A DNA stretch of 64,000 nucleotides. Origin: a virus. Positions 54,999 to 64,000 of the stretch are shown here, one piece after another. The stretch covers positions 64,001 through 128,000 of IMG/VR virus record IMGVR_UViG_3300017761_003320, one strand, 5' to 3'. The notes below the pieces were generated by a model. It did not search any database, was not told where the DNA came from, and was given only the letters and a program-made list of their open reading frames with translations. The first letter of the stretch is position 1. Each line of letters starts with the position of its first letter. The translations under genes and the position numbers were made by a program.

Positions 54999-55268
54999 AT
55001 GGCTGAAAATAAAGAAGAACCCGCAGCGCAGACACCTGCTCTTACACAAGAGCAAACCACGCTGTCAATGGCACATTCATTTTTTGTTACAAAAATATCG
55101 ATTATATCTCTTGCATCAATCATGGTATCTGTGGTTGGTGTTTTGTTAATTAGCATTTTTCATCCAGATGTTGATAATAACAAAATTTTTGAAATTCTCG
55201 GACCTGCATTTCAAACTGTAGTCGGTTGTTTTGTTGGAATGGTATCTGCGAATTTCATAAGGAAATAA
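54999..55268 (+). CDS. Small two-TM membrane protein
   Basis: GGAGG RBS; two hydrophobic helices around VDNNKIFEILGPAFQTVVG. Confidence 0.6.
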   Translation: MAENKEEPAAQTPALTQEQTTLSMAHSFFVTKISIISLASIMVSVVGVLLISIFHPDVDNNKIFEILGPAFQTVVGCFVGMVSANFIRK

Positions 55269-55272
55269 TATT

Positions 55273-55788
55273 ATGGACCAGCTCCTTAATATAGTCAAGA
55301 CGGTTGCACCAACTATCGCAACTGCGATGGGTGGACCTCTTGCAGGTATGGCAGTTCGCACCTTATCCGAGACATTGCTTGGTAAGCCTGACGGTACGCA
55401 AGAGGAGCTGGCCGCGGCGGCAGCGGCTGCAACACCAGATCAATTACTTGCGCTAAAAAATGCTGAAAATAATTTTAAGCTTGAAATGAAAAAGCTTGAT
55501 GTCGATTTAGAGCGTATTAGCGCAGGTGATCGTGATAGTGCTCGTCATATGGCAATGCAAAATCCAAGAGATTGGACACCAAGGGCTTTGGCAGGTGTTA
55601 TTACAATTGGTTTCTTTGGTGTATTAATGTATATGTTGATGTTTGGTCTACCTGCTGCCGGTGGTGGTGAGGCAATGTTGGTTATGCTAGGTACCCTAGG
55701 CACAGCATGGGGTGCTGTAGTATCATTCTATTTTGGTTCATCGGCAGGCTCAAGAGCAAAAGATGAAGCTTCGGCTGGAAAGAAGTAA
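55273..55788 (+). CDS. Holin-like (3TM/glycine-zipper) membrane protein
   Basis: APTIATAMGGPLAG, DRDSAR, two TM helices and FYFGSS. Confidence 0.65.
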   Translation: MDQLLNIVKTVAPTIATAMGGPLAGMAVRTLSETLLGKPDGTQEELAAAAAAATPDQLLALKNAENNFKLEMKKLDVDLERISAGDRDSARHMAMQNPRDWTPRALAGVITIGFFGVLMYMLMFGLPAAGGGEAMLVMLGTLGTAWGAVVSFYFGSSAGSRAKDEASAGKK

Positions 55789-55822
55789 GCCATAAATAGT
55801 ATGGCTTAATTCGGAGGTAGGT

Positions 55823-56566
55823 ATGGCTGTACCAACTACTCGCAAGCTGTTCAAAGATTATTGTCTTAGACGGCTAGGTTATCCTGTCATTGATATCAAC
55901 GTTGATGATGGTCAAGTTGATGACCGCATCGATGATGCGCTTGCATATTATCGAGATTTTCATTTTGATGGTACAGAACACATCTATCTTTCATATAAGA
56001 TTACACAGACGGATGTGAATAACAAATTTATCACGCTTCCTGATAATATCAATTATGTCATTCGTATTTTTGATATTGGTCGTGCATCTAGCGTATCAAA
56101 TCTATTCAATGTGCGATATCAAATTCATCTGAATGACTTGTTTGACTTTACAAGTACAACTTATGTTCCATATGTTATGGGTATGCGTCATATTGAGGAG
56201 CTTGAACAGATATTTGTTGGTAGCAAACCAATTCGATTTAATCGTCATAACAACTGTTTATATGTTGATATGAAATGGGACAAAGATGTTAAGGTTGATG
56301 ATTATGTAATTGTCGATTGCTATCGTGTACTTGATTCTGAGGCCTTCAGCGATGTCTGGTCAGATCCGTGGTTAAAGAAATATGCATCAGCTCTTATCAA
56401 AAAGCAATGGGGCGAAAACCTAAAGAAGTTTGAAGGTATGAACCTTCCTGGTGGGGTAAAATTCAACGGCCAAAAAATTTGGGATGAAGCTAATGATGAA
56501 ATCAATGCTCTTGAAAAAGAAATGAATAGTGGCTATAGCTTACCCGTCATGGATATGATGAATTGA
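55823..56566 (+). CDS. Neck protein (T4 gp13-like)
   Basis: YCLRRLGYPVIDINVDD and KKQWGENLKKFEG..LPGGV motifs. Confidence 0.95.
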   Translation: MAVPTTRKLFKDYCLRRLGYPVIDINVDDGQVDDRIDDALAYYRDFHFDGTEHIYLSYKITQTDVNNKFITLPDNINYVIRIFDIGRASSVSNLFNVRYQIHLNDLFDFTSTTYVPYVMGMRHIEELEQIFVGSKPIRFNRHNNCLYVDMKWDKDVKVDDYVIVDCYRVLDSEAFSDVWSDPWLKKYASALIKKQWGENLKKFEGMNLPGGVKFNGQKIWDEANDEINALEKEMNSGYSLPVMDMMN

Positions 56567-56567
56567 T

Positions 56568-57410
56568 ATGGCCACAAACAAATATTTTCGCAACTATAGC
56601 TATGGACGAGAGCAAAGGGTAGAGGATGATCTAACCGTCGAGGCGATCAAAATTTATGGTGTTGATGTGCAATATATGCCACGTACCATATTCAATGAGA
56701 TTGAAGAATTTGGTGAAGATCCTCTATCAAAATTTGATCTAGCAGTACCCATCGAAGTTTATGTCAATAACCTTGAGAATTTTCAAGGCGAGGGTGATTT
56801 TCTTAGCAAATTCAATCTGGAAATTCGTGATCAGATTACTCTTACAATGGCCAGGCGGCGTTGGGATCAAATTCGTACAGAAAAATTATTTGATGAAGTT
56901 GGAAATGCATATCTTACTGAAGATAATCCTGCAATCTATTCATCAAATACTGATAACTATCTTTTGGAATCTGGCAGCGCAAATGGTTATTCTATTTCAT
57001 CATCGCGGCCTCTTGAAGGCGACTTGATTTATGTTCCGTTTATAAACAATGGAAACGGCGCTATCTATGAAGTAAAATTTGTTGAGCATGAGCGCGTCTT
57101 TTATCAGCACGGTAAGCTGTACACATATGAAATGACATGTGAATTATTCCGTTATAGCTCGGAACGTCTTGACACCGGCAATAATGATATTGATATAATT
57201 GAAACCCGACTAACTCAAGATATCTTAAATTATAATTATCTAATGGAAAATTCAGATACCATGATATCTGAAGATGGTGGTTATATAGTTCAAGAATTCC
57301 GTTTAGAAAATATACTAGGATCTGCAAATAATGAGCTATTTACGCAGAAATCATTTATAGACGTAGACTTCAGCGAGCGTAACCCATTTAGCGAGGTAGA
57401 TAGGTATTAA
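56568..57410 (+). CDS. Neck protein (T4 gp14-like)
   Basis: EAIKIYG.DV.YMPR, GDFLSKF, EGDLIY and DFSERNPF motifs. Confidence 0.93.
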   Translation: MATNKYFRNYSYGREQRVEDDLTVEAIKIYGVDVQYMPRTIFNEIEEFGEDPLSKFDLAVPIEVYVNNLENFQGEGDFLSKFNLEIRDQITLTMARRRWDQIRTEKLFDEVGNAYLTEDNPAIYSSNTDNYLLESGSANGYSISSSRPLEGDLIYVPFINNGNGAIYEVKFVEHERVFYQHGKLYTYEMTCELFRYSSERLDTGNNDIDIIETRLTQDILNYNYLMENSDTMISEDGGYIVQEFRLENILGSANNELFTQKSFIDVDFSERNPFSEVDRY

Positions 57411-57412
57411 TC

Positions 57413-58327
57413 ATGCCAATATTCGGCTCTTCCTTCTATCATCAGACGCTTAGAAAATATGTTATCACTTTTGGTAACATGTTTAATGATATGACAGTCA
57501 GTCGTATAGATTCTACAGGCAAAACAATTCAAACTTTAGGAATACCTATTTCATATAGTCCTAAAGAAAAATGGTTAGCTAGATTAAAAGATAATCCCGA
57601 TCTTACATCTCAAGTACAGACGGTTTTACCTAGACTATCATTTGAGATAACTGGATTTGAATATGATGGTACCCGTCGTCTTCAATCTTTAACTAGAAAT
57701 GTTTCTACAAATTCTAATGGTTCTTTTAAATATCAGCGTACACCAGTTCCATGGAATTTAAATTTCTCGTTATATTCATATGTAAGAAATGCCGATGACG
57801 GTGTTCAAATTATGGAACAGATTCTTCCTTATTTTGGGCCAGAGTGGACAAATACATTAAACTTGATTCCTGAAATGGGTATCAAGATGGATGTACCAAC
57901 TATACTTACGGGTATGAATATAGAAGATACCTATGAAGGTGATTATGAAAATCGTAGAGCCCTCATATACACATATAATTTTACAATGAAATGTTGGTTC
58001 TTTGGTCCTGTGCGCACACCTGCTAATGATGGTGGTATTATTCGTCGCACTATACTTAATTTTCATTCCATGGATACTAATCTTAGAGCAAATACTCTTT
58101 ATGGTATTACCGTCGATATCACAGATGAAGAAATTGATAGATCACTTACAACATCTCGTGTTACTATACAGCCAGGATTATTTGCTAACGGAGTCGGCAC
58201 CGCTAATAGTGCTGCATCAATAAATCGTAATTTAATAGCGGCCAATTCAGATTGGAAATATGCACCTAATACATTTTTCTATCCTAGTGGTGTGAAATAT
58301 GATCCAATAACAGGTCAGGATTCTTAA
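57413..58327 (+). CDS. Tail sheath stabiliser/terminator (T4 gp15-like)
   Basis: FYHQTLRKYVITFGNMFND, LPRLSFE and QIMEQILPYF motifs. Confidence 0.93.
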   Translation: MPIFGSSFYHQTLRKYVITFGNMFNDMTVSRIDSTGKTIQTLGIPISYSPKEKWLARLKDNPDLTSQVQTVLPRLSFEITGFEYDGTRRLQSLTRNVSTNSNGSFKYQRTPVPWNLNFSLYSYVRNADDGVQIMEQILPYFGPEWTNTLNLIPEMGIKMDVPTILTGMNIEDTYEGDYENRRALIYTYNFTMKCWFFGPVRTPANDGGIIRRTILNFHSMDTNLRANTLYGITVDITDEEIDRSLTTSRVTIQPGLFANGVGTANSAASINRNLIAANSDWKYAPNTFFYPSGVKYDPITGQDS

Positions 58328-58328
58328 A

Positions 58329-58748
58329 ATGAGCAGTTTACATGATGCTTTAAATCTACCAGAAGTTCAGAAAAAAGAAACTCTGCCAGCAGTAATAGAT
58401 CAGACTGAAACTTCTGATGATCTTGAAATTGATTATAAAGAAGCACGAAATAATTTAAAAGATGTCATAGGTAAGGGTAAAGAAGCCCTTGAGAATCTTT
58501 TGACAATGGCAAAAGACCTTGATTCACCTCGTGCATATGAAGTTGTAGGTCAGCTTATCAAGACGATATCTGATGTAAATAAAGATTTGATCGATATTCA
58601 CAAACGCAATAAAGATATCAGAGGCGAAGCCGCAGGTCCTAGCACAGTGGTGAATAATGCTGTATTCATAGGTAGCACGGCCGATCTGCAAGCAATCATA
58701 AACGGTCGCAAGGAAGATATCATAGACGGGCAAACTTCTGATGTCTGA
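58329..58748 (+). CDS. Terminase small subunit (T4 gp16-like)
   Basis: DYKEARNNL, SPRAYEV and FIGSTADL motifs. Confidence 0.93.
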   Translation: MSSLHDALNLPEVQKKETLPAVIDQTETSDDLEIDYKEARNNLKDVIGKGKEALENLLTMAKDLDSPRAYEVVGQLIKTISDVNKDLIDIHKRNKDIRGEAAGPSTVVNNAVFIGSTADLQAIINGRKEDIIDGQTSDV

Positions 58749-60366
58749 TAATTATCTGGGCAATCCTACTTTAAAAAAAGCTGGTGTTAAGATAAACTTC
58801 ACGGAAGATCAAATCCGTGAATATCATAAGTGTGCTACAGATCCTGAATATTTCATTCAAAATTATATGAAGATTGTCAGCGTTGACCGCGGTTTGATAA
58901 ATTTTGGTTTATATCAATATCAGCGCAAGATGGTTCGCACCTTTAAAGATAATAGATTCTCGATATGTAAGATGCCTCGTCAGTCAGGTAAATCTACCAC
59001 TGTTACTGGATATATGTTGTGGTTGATATTATTTCATGACAATCAAAGCATTGCCATTCTAGCTAACAAAGGTAGTCTTGCGCGAGACATGCTTGCCAAA
59101 ATTCAGCTTGCATATGAACATATACCAAAGTGGATGCAGCAAGGTATCGTCATATGGAACAAAGGTAATATTGAACTTGAGAATGGTTCAAAGATATTAG
59201 CATCTGCAACTTCAGCTAGCGCGATTCGCGGTGGTTCATATAATCTGATCTTTCTAGATGAATTTGCATTCGTACCACGCAATATCGCTGAAGAATTTTT
59301 TGCATCCGTTTATCCTACGATTAGCTCTGGTAAGACTTCTAAGATCATAGTCGTATCGACACCTAACGGTCTGAATCATTATTACAAGATGTGGGTTGAT
59401 GCGACTGAGAAACGTAGCGAATACGTACCAATTGAAGTGCATTGGCGCGATACACCAGGTCGTGATGATAAGTGGCGCGAACAAACAATTCGCAATACCA
59501 GCGAAGAACAATTCAAGCAAGAATTTGAAACCGAGTTTCTTGGAAGTACGCTTACTCTTATTTCAGGTTCAAAACTTCGTTCTATGGCATTCCGAAATGT
59601 AACCAGAGATGGTTGGGGTGTCGATATCTATCATCAACCTGAATATAAGCATACCTATGCTATCATGGTCGATACTGGTCATGGTGTTGGTCTTGATTAT
59701 TCTGCTTTTAGTGTGATAGATGTGTCACAGGCTCCATATAGACTTGTTGCAAAATATAAAAACAATAATGTAGTTCCATCATTTTATCCAGAAATTATTG
59801 CCAGATATGCTAAGGCCTATAATAATGCTTATATCTTGGTAGAAACTAATGATGTAGGTAAAACAATCGCGGAAGTTTTACATCGTGATCTTGAGTGTGA
59901 TAACGTATTATCCACTATACAAATGGGTCGTGGTGGTCAACAGCTTAGTGCCGGATTCTCAGGTAGATCACAATTAGGTGTTACCACTTCAAGGTTTGTG
60001 AAAGCTGTTGGTTGTGCTAATTTAAAAGAGTTAATCGAAGGTGATAAGCTTATCATCGAAGATTTTGATACTATTGAAGAACTTTCAAATTTTGTATCAA
60101 AAGGCAATTCTTTTGAGGCCGAAGAGGGTTATAATGATGACCTTGTGATGACATTGGTTTTATTTGGTTGGCTAACAAAACAACTTTTCTTTAAAGAGCT
60201 AACTGATATAGATATTAGACACCGTATAGCTGAGGAAAAGCTACGGGAGATGGATGAAGATTTGTTGCCGGCAGGTTTTTATGATGACGGTACAATGGAT
60301 GATCCGATGTCATTAGATGGCACTTCGGGTGATGGCGAATGGTTTGATCGATGGAGCCGAGTCTGA
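58741..60366 (+). CDS. Terminase large subunit (T4 gp17-like)
   Basis: PRQSGKST Walker A, IFLDEFAF Walker B, STPNG and DDLVM nuclease motif. Confidence 0.98.
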   Translation: MSDNYLGNPTLKKAGVKINFTEDQIREYHKCATDPEYFIQNYMKIVSVDRGLINFGLYQYQRKMVRTFKDNRFSICKMPRQSGKSTTVTGYMLWLILFHDNQSIAILANKGSLARDMLAKIQLAYEHIPKWMQQGIVIWNKGNIELENGSKILASATSASAIRGGSYNLIFLDEFAFVPRNIAEEFFASVYPTISSGKTSKIIVVSTPNGLNHYYKMWVDATEKRSEYVPIEVHWRDTPGRDDKWREQTIRNTSEEQFKQEFETEFLGSTLTLISGSKLRSMAFRNVTRDGWGVDIYHQPEYKHTYAIMVDTGHGVGLDYSAFSVIDVSQAPYRLVAKYKNNNVVPSFYPEIIARYAKAYNNAYILVETNDVGKTIAEVLHRDLECDNVLSTIQMGRGGQQLSAGFSGRSQLGVTTSRFVKAVGCANLKELIEGDKLIIEDFDTIEELSNFVSKGNSFEAEEGYNDDLVMTLVLFGWLTKQLFFKELTDIDIRHRIAEEKLREMDEDLLPAGFYDDGTMDDPMSLDGTSGDGEWFDRWSRV

Positions 60367-60375
60367 TGGCTTTTT

Positions 60376-60383
60376 TATAAATA
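60376..60383 (+). promoter_or_regulatory. T4-type late promoter TATAAATA
   Basis: Exact match upstream of gp18; variants at 31290, 36380, 41147 and 55791. Confidence 0.8.
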
Positions 60384-60428
60384 TCGTGGATGGGAAATTA
60401 CATCAGATATCTCTAGGAGGAAATGATC

Positions 60429-62360
60429 ATGCCATTTCAAATCTCTCCCGGCGTGAATGTCAGCGAAATTGATTTGTCAACGATCGTCCCTGCCGTAAGC
60501 ACGACGACCGGTGGTATCGCTGGACATTTTCATTGGGGCCCGGTTCAAAAACGTGTATTGATTGATACTGAGGACAATCTTGCACTGCAATTTGGTAGAC
60601 CAGATGCTAACACAGCTGATTCATTTTTTACAGCCGCTAGCTTTCTCGGTTACGGAAATCAGCTATTTGTAGTTCGCGCCATTAATGAAGCTGGCAGTAC
60701 TACAAATGCACGTAATGCCACAACAAATGCAGCCAATACAACAAATACCGTCATTAAAAATGATGATGACTATGATCTAAATTATTCTAGCGGTATTTCT
60801 GGTGTTGGTAATTGGGTTGCAAAATATCCAGGTGAACTTGGTAATTCGCTTCGTATTTCAGTTTGTCCATCAGCAAATGCGTGGACAAGCACACTGACAG
60901 GTACACTTGCTTTCACTAATAATAGCACGACTGTCACAGGTACTACAACAACATTCAATAATCAAATTCGCGCCGGTGATATTCTTCTTGCTGGGCCTGA
61001 CAAATATGAAGTAAAAGTTGCATCTGTAGCTAACAATACAAGTTTAACTCTACAATCAAGATATGTCGGGAATACTGTAGCTTCACAGTCAAGTGTAACT
61101 CGTCGTTGGGAATTTTATAATTATTTTGATGCTGCTCCAGGTTCATCTGAATATGTGTCAAAGCAAGGCGGCTCTGGTGATGAGATGCATATTGTTGTGG
61201 CCGATGAAGATGGATTATGGTCAGGGCGTGCTAATACCGTAATTGAGCGTTTTGCTGGTGTGTCGAAAGCAAATGATGCTTTGACACAAGATGGTGGAAC
61301 TAATTATTACAAAGAAGTCGTCAATCAAAGATCACAATATGTTTGGTGGACATCACAACTTACAGGTATTACAAATGCAGGTAAGGCATCTTCTGGTGTA
61401 AGCTTTGGTGTTGGTACTCAATCTCGTCCAATTAATGCATCATTTGTATTAGGTCGTGATGGAGCTCCACCACGCTCTGCTGATTATATTGTCGGCTATA
61501 ACAAATTTGCCAATCCTGAAGAAGTTGATGTATCATTGATTCTTACAGGTGATAGTAATCAAACAAAAGCTGTACATATCATTAATAATATAGCAGAAGT
61601 CCGTAAAGACTGTATTGCAGTTATTTCTCCGCGTCGTTCAGATGTGGTTAATAATTCCAGTTATATCGGTAAAGAGACTGAAGATTCAATTACATTCCGT
61701 AATCTTCTACCATCATCTTCATATGCTGTCCTTGATAGCGGATACAAATACATCTATGACAAATATAATGATCTATACCGCTATGTTCCGCTGAATGGTG
61801 ATACAGCTGGTCTAATGGTTCGTACTGATAATGAGCGTGATCCATGGTTCTCACCTGCTGGGTTTAATCGTGGTCAAGTCAAAAATGTAATTAAGCTATC
61901 ATTCAATCCTACAAAAAGCCAACGTGATCAGCTTTATAAGAACGGTATCAACCCTGTTACTACATTCCCAGGACAGGGTACGGTGCTTTTTGGTGATAAG
62001 ACATTGCTTGCGAAGCCCTCAGCTTTTGACCGCATCAATGTTCGTCGCCTCTTTATCACTCTTGAGAAGGCAATTAGCACGGCCGCAAAATTCACTCTGT
62101 TTGAGTTCAATGATGAATTTACGCGCGCTCAATTCCGTAATCTTGTCGAACCATTCTTACGTGATGTGCAAGGCCGTCGCGGTATCTATGATTTCCGTGT
62201 TGTCTGCGATGAATCAAACAATACTCCTGAGGTTATTGACCGTAATGAGTTTGTTGGTGATATCTATGTGAAGCCGGCTCGCTCGATTAATTTCATTCAG
62301 CTGAACTTCGTCGCGGTCCGCACCGGCGTCGAGTTCACCGAAATCGTCGGTCAGTTTTAA
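60429..62360 (+). CDS. Tail sheath protein (T4 gp18-like)
   Basis: SPGVNVSEIDL, WFSPAG.NRG, FDRINVRRLF and KPARSINFI motifs. Confidence 0.98.
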   Translation: MPFQISPGVNVSEIDLSTIVPAVSTTTGGIAGHFHWGPVQKRVLIDTEDNLALQFGRPDANTADSFFTAASFLGYGNQLFVVRAINEAGSTTNARNATTNAANTTNTVIKNDDDYDLNYSSGISGVGNWVAKYPGELGNSLRISVCPSANAWTSTLTGTLAFTNNSTTVTGTTTTFNNQIRAGDILLAGPDKYEVKVASVANNTSLTLQSRYVGNTVASQSSVTRRWEFYNYFDAAPGSSEYVSKQGGSGDEMHIVVADEDGLWSGRANTVIERFAGVSKANDALTQDGGTNYYKEVVNQRSQYVWWTSQLTGITNAGKASSGVSFGVGTQSRPINASFVLGRDGAPPRSADYIVGYNKFANPEEVDVSLILTGDSNQTKAVHIINNIAEVRKDCIAVISPRRSDVVNNSSYIGKETEDSITFRNLLPSSSYAVLDSGYKYIYDKYNDLYRYVPLNGDTAGLMVRTDNERDPWFSPAGFNRGQVKNVIKLSFNPTKSQRDQLYKNGINPVTTFPGQGTVLFGDKTLLAKPSAFDRINVRRLFITLEKAISTAAKFTLFEFNDEFTRAQFRNLVEPFLRDVQGRRGIYDFRVVCDESNNTPEVIDRNEFVGDIYVKPARSINFIQLNFVAVRTGVEFTEIVGQF

Positions 62361-62383
62361 GGCGCGGTAGGAGGAAATAAGAC

Positions 62384-62941
62384 ATGGCTTTTAATGTCTC
62401 AGAATTTGCATCAGCAGGCCTCCCGCTTGGTGGTGCCCGCCCATCGCTCTTTAGTGTCATTGTCGATACACCATCTGGTGTACCGAACGTGGGAGCTAGA
62501 ATTTCATTCACATGCCGCGCAACGCAAATTCCGCAAAGCACGGTTGGTGTGATTGAACAAGCCTACTACGGTCGCCGCATCAAGATTGCAGGTACTCGCA
62601 CATTCCAGAATTGGAGAGTCGATATCCTGAATGATGAAGATTTTCAGGTGCGTTCGGCAATGGAAATTTGGAGCAATGCGATTAATTCGCATCAATCAAA
62701 TCTACGAGCACCACAGCTAGCAACATCTGCTTCATACCGCACTACCGCGACTGTGACGCAATATGCTAAGACTGGTGAGGCTCTGCGTACATATCGGTTT
62801 GTAAATATCTTTCCGACAGAAATCGGAGCCATTGATCTGGCTTGGGATCAAGGTGAACAGATTGAAACATTCCCGGTAGAATTTGCATATGATTACTGGG
62901 ATCTAGTAAACCCAGGTACAACTGGCACGCTAGCGGTCTAA
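62384..62941 (+). CDS. Tail tube protein (T4 gp19-like)
   Basis: GGARPSLF, IAGTRTF..W, NDEDF and FPTEIGAIDL..YDYW motifs. Confidence 0.95.
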   Translation: MAFNVSEFASAGLPLGGARPSLFSVIVDTPSGVPNVGARISFTCRATQIPQSTVGVIEQAYYGRRIKIAGTRTFQNWRVDILNDEDFQVRSAMEIWSNAINSHQSNLRAPQLATSASYRTTATVTQYAKTGEALRTYRFVNIFPTEIGAIDLAWDQGEQIETFPVEFAYDYWDLVNPGTTGTLAV

Positions 62942-62966
62942 TCTAAAACCACTAACGGAACTACCG

Positions 62967-63001
62967 ATAGGTCCTCTAAATATAGCGGACCTATTTTTTT
63001 T
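62967..63001 (+). terminator. Terminator after gp19
   Basis: ATAGGTCC-loop-GGACCTAT followed by a T-run. Confidence 0.7.
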
Positions 63002-63012
63002 GAGGGATTCTC

Positions 63013-64000
63013 ATGGCTATAGAGCTATTTGGCTTCCGTATCGGCAAGGCTGACGAAGACGCCAAAAGGGCTGTACAGATTCCGTCATTCGTTCCGGAAC
63101 AGAAGGATGACGGCGCGGTTGAAATCGCACCTGGCGGCGCTTACGGAACATTCGTTGATTTAGAAGGCACTGCTAAAAGCGAGGCTGAGCTTATTACTCG
63201 CTATCGCGAAATGTCTATGAATCCTGAAGTTGAAGCTGCGGTAGATGATATTGTCAATGAAGCATTAGTGACAGATCAAGATGCATCTGTTGTTCGTCTT
63301 TCTATGGATGATCTCAAACAACCTACACGTATTAAGAAACGTATAGAAGAAGAATTTGATGAAATTCTTGAGCTATTAGATTTTTCAAATATTTGTTATG
63401 AGATATTCCGTCGTTGGTATATTGATGGTCGTCTTTATTATCATATCATGATTGATGTATCTAATCCTCGTGATGGTATTAAAGAGCTGCGTTACGTTGA
63501 TCCTCGCCGCATTCGCAAGGTGCGCGTACCTCAGAAAAAAGAAAATGGTGATGCGACTAAGGATAAGAATCCTACAGTCCCTGCTTATTCAGAATATTAT
63601 TTGTATAATCCTGCAGGCCTTGCAGGTGCAGCCTATTCACAAGGCATCAAGATTTCACCTGATTCAATCTGCTATGTAAATTCAGGTATGCTTGATAATC
63701 GCAATCGCATGGTACTATCACATCTGCATAAAGCTATTAAGCCTCTTAATCAGACACGCATGTTAGAAGATGCGGTTGTGATCTATCGTCTAAGCCGTGC
63801 ACCAGAACGACGCATATTTTATATTGATGTAGGTAATTTACCTAAGCCTAAGGCCGAGCAATATCTGCGCGATATGATGATTCGTCATAAGAATCGTCTG
63901 GTATATGATGCATCAACAGGTGAAGTTCGTGATGACCGCAAGTTCATGACCATGCTTGAAGATTTCTGGTTGCCGCGCCGCGAAGGCGCTCGTGGTACAG
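63013..64000 (+). CDS. Portal protein (T4 gp20-like), 3' partial; absent from ORF track
   Basis: MAIELFGF, YREM...PEV..AVDDIVNE, RRWYIDGRLYY, LHKAIKP.NQ, MLEDAVVIYR..RAPERRIFYIDVGNLPK and EDFWLPRREG. Confidence 0.97.
   Translation, partial: MAIELFGFRIGKADEDAKRAVQIPSFVPEQKDDGAVEIAPGGAYGTFVDLEGTAKSEAELITRYREMSMNPEVEAAVDDIVNEALVTDQDASVVRLSMDDLKQPTRIKKRIEEEFDEILELLDFSNICYEIFRRWYIDGRLYYHIMIDVSNPRDGIKELRYVDPRRIRKVRVPQKKENGDATKDKNPTVPAYSEYYLYNPAGLAGAAYSQGIKISPDSICYVNSGMLDNRNRMVLSHLHKAIKPLNQTRMLEDAVVIYRLSRAPERRIFYIDVGNLPKPKAEQYLRDMMIRHKNRLVYDASTGEVRDDRKFMTMLEDFWLPRREGARGT

Noticed and set aside
54964-55149. 61-aa ORF directly after TATAAT
   Set aside because: Overlaps the better-supported membrane protein ORF with a GGAGG RBS in another frame
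63452-63679. 75-aa ORF from the track
   Set aside because: Out-of-frame within the portal gene, which runs off the window end
1-64000. Stop-codon reassignment, introns/inteins, integrase or DGR reverse transcriptase
   Set aside because: Core genes are full-length under code 11; no suppressor tRNA, splicing elements, RT or integrase motifs seen by eye

Overview
This is a 64-kb segment of a large T4-like (Tevenvirinae/Kyanoviridae-like) myovirus genome. The host is most likely an alphaproteobacterium, judging from a permuted two-piece tmRNA with an ANDN...AA tag and a GGCGGCA T-loop. Positions 1-24 kb are an accessory/early region: small ORFs, two glycosyltransferases, a DUF262-HNH nuclease, seven tRNAs interleaved with a Tat-exported TctC/Bug protein, two ATP-grasp ligases, a GC-rich early island with repeated promoter/operator cassettes, DNA ligase, a radical SAM enzyme, dNMP kinase, PhoH, exonuclease, tmRNA, SleB hydrolase, KdsA and gp33-gp59-gp32. 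Positions 25-64 kb are the structural module: two tape-measure-like genes, gp51/gp26, gp54, gp2, gp4, gp48, gp53, hub, gp5, gp25, gp6-8, fibres, a modification-enzyme cassette, gp13-gp19 and a partial gp20. Most notable observations: (1) a fibre whose 4-residue repeats are mirror-symmetric about a central turn, followed directly by glycosyltransferase, 2OG-oxygenase-like and methyltransferase genes (candidate virion-modification system); (2) near-total lysine exclusion from proteins predicted to enter the host envelope; (3) a candidate -1 frameshift joining gp26 and gp51 just upstream of the tape-measure-like genes, in a lambda G/GT-like arrangement; (4) a non-canonical long-arm tRNA(UAU) and the permuted tmRNA. 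All functional calls come from motif and synteny recognition by eye; no searches were run.
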